Below the pieces are notes generated by a model. It did no database searches. It saw only the letters and a program-made list of their open reading frames with translations, and was not told where the DNA came from. A stretch of 59,651 nucleotides of DNA, the filler included, from Sphacelaria rigidula (lineage: Eukaryota): NCBI GenBank assembly GCA_964200075.2. It is 3 parts of 3 records of this genome, joined end to end, with 100 filler letters (N's around TTAATTAATTAA, not from the genome) between each part and the next. Parts side by side here need not be neighbours in the genome. Positions count along the whole stretch, not along the records: positions 39,842 to 59,651 come from CAXNAA020000609.1; 2 more parts are not named here. One strand, given 5' to 3'. The translations under genes and the position numbers were made by a program. This document shows, in pieces, positions 53,478 to 59,651 of this stretch; positions within the stretch are counted from its first letter, which is position 1, and the number at the start of each line of letters is the position of its first letter.

Positions 53478-54900
53478 GAGTTCGGTGCACGAATATGCCA
53501 CATCAGTATACTTGAACTTAGGCAGGTGCACCGTTTTGGTGGGCTGCATCATCAAGAAGAGTTGGCAAGCGTAGGAACCCACACTATACGGCGACAATGA
53601 TATGGTCGAGCAAGTGGAAACCCCATCACTACATGTGAAAGCACTGAAGAGCAACCCATATGCAATTAACGTTGAGATGGAAGAAGTGGCTGAGAAGCAT
53701 GGCCAGGACGCTGCTAGACATTTTGCAGAAGAAGCTGCAAAAGCGGTTGGGGCAGACCACTGCCCTTCGGCGCACACGCCCCCCCCACTCGCCTACCTAA
53801 CGTCCACTCAGTAAGCGCACTAAGAGAAAACACTGCAAGACACGCAGGGTTATGTATAAGAAACCCGGCGGACGTAATTGCAAGCATTCAGACAGGCGAT
53901 ATACTAGCAAACGGTCGGCAATCGACTGGGACAGCCTCTCGGAACCAGCCCAGCCCAAGTACAAATACAGTCAGTGAACATACTTCACTACAGTCCAGTG
54001 TAACTGAATAACGTTGTTAGGTTCTCCCATGCGAGAAGACAGGAGGTATATAATTCCATTGCATGGAACCCCAACGCCGCCCGCAAGGACAGGCGGTCCG
54101 AACGCGATAGCACCAGCCGGTGTCATAAACCTCACGCAGCACAAAGGACGGCTGTGCAACGTTCAGGCATGATTAACCTACGGTATAGAGGTGGTGTCGT
54201 GGAAACGTACAGCACATGGCGCAGGATGAGATATGAACCTAACATCGCAGCCTGCGAAGGGATAGCCTGTATCGGGTATGCCAACCTGACGGCCTCTGCC
54301 TACGGTGCACCAGGGGTATGGATAACGACAGGGTACATGAGATTCGCGTCGCCGTTATGGAATGATTAAACCGCAGTATGGTGTGGTATAAACGCGCACG
54401 ACAAAGTACAGTAACGTGCATGGCATGAGTTTATACTTGAAAGAAGCTGAAAACATCATGATCATACACAGTACAGAGAAGTCGGTGAACACATTCCCAC
54501 AGGGCCTGACGGTGACTGCTTCCAAATACAGACAGTAGACGGGGGCATAAGTGAGGTGAATGTGCCGTCGGCGACACCTTTATTATTGCAACTTAGGCGC
54601 AAGCTTGCTATGATGCGGCATAGATGATCAACTGCAAGAGGACGGGCGGGCAGGTGTGGCGTGAAGATTGCTTCACGGACGCCCGCCGTGTACTCTTTCC
54701 TAAGTTAGAAAACATCGACGGATCGAAAACAGTCCTCATACACGTGAAATAAGAAACTTTGTTTCCTTCCGCGTTCCATGCGCACGGGTCTGAAACGTTT
54801 GGCGTATCATTTACTCAAAGTATGTAGAAATTAACCAATTCTTGCCCGAACAAACGTCAAATGTAGATCGTCGTTTTTCCATCAAGTGGTTCCAAAAAGG
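53478..54900. mobile_element. Longer, left-truncated relative of the 26222 piggyBac-like MITE, inserted in the DDSTT gene
   Basis: 53478-53565 matches 26303-26385 (gagttcggtgcacgaat..acttgaactt..ggtgcacc..ttggtggg). 54852-54904 matches the right TIR and tcaa at 26412-26463. Confidence 0.7.
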
Positions 54901-57900
54901 TCAAGCGAGTCGTCGGTATCGGTGTTCGAGTCGACTGTGAACAGGTAATCAGCGGTTGAACCGTCAGTGAATGGGTTGTCGGTGGTCAACGTGTCTGTCG
55001 TCTAATCGTTGACGGTCGAGTCGTCCGCGCTCGAATCGTCGACACTCGCGTCATCGACGATGCAGTTATCAGTGATCGAGTGGTCTGCGGTCAAGTCGTC
55101 CACGGTTGTATCATCTGTAGTCGAATGTTCAGTGTTCAGATCGCACATGGCCAAGTGGTCTGGCACGGCGTCATCCGTCGTCGGTGGTTGAGCTGTCTGT
55201 GGTCGACTCACCTGTGGTCGAGCCGTCTGTGGTCGAGTCGTCAGTGGACGAGTTGTCAGTGGTCAAGCCGTGAAGAAACGAGTCATCTATGCTCGAGTCG
55301 TCAGTAAGAGAGTTGTCTGTGGTCGAGTCGTCCGTAGTCGAGTCGTTGGTGGTCGAATCGTCCGTGGTCCAATCGTCCGTGGTCGAGTCATCCGCAAATA
55401 TGTCGTTCGCGGTCGAATCATTATTGAATGAATCGTCAGTGATCGAGGTCTTCCCGAATATGTCGTTCGCGGTCGAATCATCATTGAACGAATCGTCAAT
55501 AGTCGAGCTATTGGTGGTTGAGCCGTCCGCGGATGTGTAGTTCACGGCCGAGTCGTCAATGAACGAACGTATTGTCGGTGGTCGAGTCGTCCGTAAACGA
55601 GTCGTTTGTACTTGCGTCGTCTGTACTCGAGTCGTCTGTGGTCGAGTCGTCCGTGAATGTGTCATCGGTGGTTGAGTCGTCAATGAACAAGCCGACAATC
55701 GTCGAGTTCTCAGTGATCGAATCGTCGGTCGTCACGTCGTCAGTGACTGAATCGTATGTAGTTGAGTCGTCCGTAGTTGTGTCGTCTTTTCCCGAATAAT
55801 CGGTGGTCGAATCGTTCGTAGTTGAATCGTAAAGTAACGAGTCGTCTGTGGCTGAGTCATCAGCGAACGAATCGTCTGCAGTCGAGTTGCCTATGGTCGA
55901 ATCGTCGATGGTCGAATCATTACTGGACGCATCATCTGTTGTCGAGTCGGCAGTGAATGAGTCGTCGTTTGTCGAGTCGTCGTTTGTCGAGTCGTCGATC
56001 ATCGAGTTGTCAGTGGTCGAGTCGTCGGTAATCAAATAGTCTGCAGTCGCGTCGACATTGGTGGAGTCGTCAGTGAACTCGCTTTTCGCGTTCGAGTCGT
56101 CAATGAACGAGTCATCAGTAGCTGAATCGTCAGTGGTCGAGTCATCCATGGAAAGTTTATCAGTGGATGAGTCGTCCGTGGAAACGTCGTCAGTGGTCGA
56201 GTCGTGGGTACACGAGTTGTCTGTGGTCTGGTAGTCTGTACCGGAACTGTCTATGGTCGAGTCATCAGTGGCTGTATCGTCCGTCAATCTGTTGTCCGTT
56301 GTTGGGTTGTCCGTGGTCGAGTCATCGATGGTCGAGTCGTCCGTGATCGGTTCGCCGGTGGTTGAGTCGTCTGTAGTGAAGTCGTCCGTGACGTGGGTTC
56401 AGTAATCTGGTCCTCGATTGTCGAATAGTCTGTAAATGTGGTGAGTGGCCGCATCCACTGCGGTCAGTCGCGGTTTTTCGAGGTGACGGTGGTCGAGCCT
56501 TCGGTGGTCGAGTAGTTCATGATCTATTCGTCAGTGCATGAGCCGTGTCTGGCGGAGTCGTCTGTGATCGGTTCGTTCACTGTGGAGTCCTTCGTGATCA
56601 CGATTTCCGTGAGCGAGTGACCAAGCCGTCTGTGGTGAAATTGTCTGTGGTAGGGTATGCGTTCGCCGAATAGTCTATGGTCGAGTCGTTCATGGTCAAG
56701 CCGGCGGTCGAATCGTCGGCGATGAGGTCTCCGGTGGTCGAGTCGTCTGCGGTAAAGCTGTCTGCCGTTGAGTCGTAGCGTCGAGTCATCTGTGGTCGAA
56801 TCGCCACTTGCCTGTTACCAACTCACCTGTGGTGGAGTCGTCAGTGGTGGAGTCATCGATGATCGAGGCGTACGCAGTCGAGTCGTCTGCAGTCGAGTCC
56901 GTAGTGGTTGAGTCGTCGGTAAGTGTCGTCCGCAGCCGAGTCGTTAGGGAATGAGTCATCAGTGGTTGAATCGTCAGTGGTTCAGTCGTCGGTGAATGAG
57001 TCATCATTGACCGTGTTGCCAGTGGTCGAATCGTCAGCGGTCGAGTCATGAGTAGTGGGATCGTCAGTGGTGGGGCCGTCCGTGGTCGAGTCGTCCGTGG
57101 TTGAGTCGTCCGTGGTCGAGTCGTCCGTGGTCGAGTCGTCCGTGGTCGAGTTGTCAGTGAACGAGTAATCATCGGTCGAGTCGTCTGTGGTTGAATTGTC
57201 TTCGGCCGGACTGCCTTTGGTCGCTTCGTTCACGGTTGATTCGTCTTTGATAAGATTTCCGTGAGCATGTGATCAAGTCTTCAGCGGTCGAGCCGTCAGT
57301 AGTCGAGTCGTCAGTGGTTGAGTTGTTTACAGTCGAGTCGTCAGCGGGTAAGTCGCCAGCCAACGAGTCATCATTGATCGAGTCCTTTTTGGTCGAGAGC
57401 TCTTTCGTCGTTTCATCCACGGTTTACTCGTCAGTGATCAAGATTTCTGTGATCCACTGATCAAGTCGTCCGTGATCAAGTCGAGCACACTCTCGCTAAA
57501 TCATCCGTGGTGAAGTTATTCGCTGTCAACTCTGTGGTCGAGTCGTCAGTGAATGAGTCTCCGGTGGGAGATTCGTCCCCGGTAAAGCTGTCTGCCGTTG
57601 AATCGTAGCCAAACGTTATCCGTGTTCAAATCGTGAGTTGTTGGAGGATACGTGACGGAGACATTAATGGTGAGGTCGTCTGTCACCAACTCACCTATAG
57701 TGGAGTCGTCGGTGGAGGAGTCATCCATGATGGGGTCGTCAGTGATGGAGTCATCAGTGGTGGAGTCGTCAGTGGTTAAGTTTTCAGTAGTGGAGATGTC
57801 TGCGGTTGAGTCCGCAGTGGTCAAGTGGTCCGTGAGTGTGTCGTTCTTAGCCGAGTCATCGGTGCAGGAGTCATCAGTGATCGAATCGTCAGTGGTCGAG

Positions 57901-58395
57901 TTGTCCGCGGTCGAGTCGTCAGTGAAGACTAATCATTGGTTGAGTCGTCTCGAGTCGTCTACGGCTGGAATGTCTTCGGTCGCTTCGTCCACGATCAAGA
58001 TTTCCGTGAGGTAGTGATCAAGTCATCCGTGATCAAGTCGTCTGGGATCGAGTATACTTCCGTTAAATCATCTGTGATTGAGTTATTCGCGGTCAGCTGG
58101 GTTGTCGAAGCGTCGGTGAAGAAATCTCCGGCGGTCAACTCGTCACTAGAGGTGAGCACCTTCAAAACAAGATGCGGCTATAACCGGTTATTGAAAAGTC
58201 TAGTAGGTATTTACCGGTTTCTGTTTCGAGGAAAAAAAAAGAGAGCTATGTAGGCTGGTTAAAACGGTTCACCGGTAAAACCGGCTTAAATTGGAAGACA
58301 TTATTATGGCCGTTGAGCAGCGAAAGTGTGATAGGGTCATCCTCCGATAGGGGGGAAGCATGGGATCTTACAAATTAGGGATAGATCTTTTATTA

Positions 58396-58761
58396 GGGAT
58401 GAGAACCCCGGAGAATCAAAGTCTTTGTATCCACACCAAATCTTCGAAATATGGTTCCATTTCTTCACCTAGTGATAGCTATTGACAACTACTACACGCC
58501 ATAGAAATATGGATTTCGATCACCCAAATGTTCGGGTCCTAGATGAAAAAACAATTTGAGAACCATTTCGGCGTCCGTTCGGACACCCGGAATTCACCAA
58601 GAATTGTTTTTCCCTTAGGACCCCAACATTTCGGTGATCGAAGTCCATATTACTATGGCGTGTAGCAGTTGTCCATAACTACCAATAGGTGAAGAAATGG
58701 AACCACATTTCGAAGGTTTGGTGTGGATACGAAGATTTTAGTTCTCCGGGTTTCCCATCCC
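58396..58761. mobile_element. Long palindromic MITE
   Basis: Inverted arms of ~160 bp (gtatccacaccaaatcttcgaaatatggttccatttcttcaccta / taggtgaagaaatggaaccacatttcgaaggtttggtgtggatac). Confidence 0.8.
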
Positions 58762-58770
58762 GTGTTGGGC

Positions 58771-58836
58771 GTACTCATTTGTTGCTTGCCTCAGTCGGTT
58801 GACCATTAACCACGCATCCCTTTCGAGACGGAGCAC
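58771..58836 (-). repeat. Short copy of the LINE 3' terminus
   Basis: The reverse complement gtgctccgtctcgaaagggatgcgtggttaatggtcaaccgactgaggcaagcaacaaatgagtac matches 17691-17755. Confidence 0.7.
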
Positions 58837-59651
58837 CCGTGTTGGGGAGTATTTGATTGCACGAAAAAAAGATTGCGAGCCTGTGTCAGTTGACCTGCCG
58901 CACTCGTAGTGCCCTTGTATTTGGTGATAAACGGTATCAAGCAGTATCAATTGGCTTTACCTAGCTGTAACAAGCTCATTTGAACAACCGCTGCTGTCAA
59001 TGACAATTCGCCTTGGAATTTCGTGCTAGAAGTGGCCCAAATTCCCCCCCCCCCTCCTATCGTAGGATTACTCGACCTACGACACGTCACACGTCACACG
59101 TCACACATCACACGTCACCCCTCTCCTGGCGTGACCTAATCCTATCCCCAATGGCTACAGTCGACTGATTTTCAGAGATGATCTCCTCGATGTTGCTGGT
59201 TTCTTTACAGATGAGCACCAGCGCGATTACTTACCATACAAATTTTACCGTCAATCGCCGTGATGACTTGTTACCATAAAAAACGTTGAAAACTTTACAA
59301 AGCCATGCCGAAGTGAGCCTTGGTATCTGTTTTGTTAATTCATTATGTATTTACTTTTTCTGTTTCAATCATTCTTGTTCTCTTTTACTTTTTTTTTGTC
59401 ATACTATTTTCTTGGGAAAACGTCACAGTAGGGTATACCAAGGTGCATTAGCGACAAACCTGGGTACCCTCTTTGTTTGGAGGGAAAATGAGCGCAGCTG
59501 ATTGGCCAACGACCATTTTCACCCGGCGGCGGCGGTAGACGGCCACGGTGTACCTTGCTGTGATTACGTTTCTCCCAAATGTACCCATGTTTTTGGAAAT
59601 TGTACCCACATGTGACGGGAAATCAGTCTCGTCCATCGGCCATCTTCGACG

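Larger units (their letters stand above)
49807..58146 (-). pseudogene. Asp/Thr/Ser-rich pentapeptide (DDSTT/DDSFT) repeat gene, mucin- or phosphoprotein-like; upstream part disrupted, last ~560 codons open
   Basis: Degenerate 15-nt unit GAC GAC TCG ACN ACN repeated over ~6.6 kb of non-TE sequence. Minus-strand ORFs of 598, 238, 243 and 174 aa are DDSTT-rich. There is an in-frame TGA at ~51541-51543, several frameshifts between 52740 and 58146, and two TE insertions. A canonical donor AGG|gtgaga at 49807/49806 follows ...DDSSTSTSPR. Confidence 0.7.

Noticed and set aside
49787-58014. Plus-strand ORFs of VVESS repeats
   Set aside because: They are antisense shadows of the DDSTT frame. They are shorter, break where minus-strand Tyr codons create stops, and lack the splice donor seen on the minus strand.
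49807-58146. CRISPR-like array
   Set aside because: The units are contiguous degenerate 15-mers with no unique spacers, there are no cas genes, and the context is eukaryotic.

Overview
Eukaryotic, intron-rich nuclear DNA, most consistent with a brown alga (Phaeophyceae). The basis is the long GT-AG introns, short exons, and a LINE 3' end I recognise from memory as Ectocarpus-type (inference, not searched). The window is not one locus. It joins three pieces (1-19821, 19922-39741, 39842-59651; 19821, 19820 and 19810 bp) with artificial 100-nt N/TTAATTAATTAA spacers. Piece 1 carries six exons of a partial SKI2 DExH RNA helicase among TE debris. Piece 2 carries a 9-exon PDCD2 (MYND) gene convergent with a 12-exon, >=1980-aa gene. 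That gene encodes cadherin-like repeats, an ELWxxDGT beta-propeller inserted inside one repeat, and a Cys-containing, possibly C-type-lectin-like module inside the propeller. Piece 3 carries an ~8.3-kb, partly decayed Asp/Thr/Ser pentapeptide (DDSTT) repeat gene broken by TE insertions, plus a decayed Ser/Thr/Pro-rich segment. All three pieces contain MITEs and LINE remnants. No rRNA, credible tRNA gene or CRISPR array was found.
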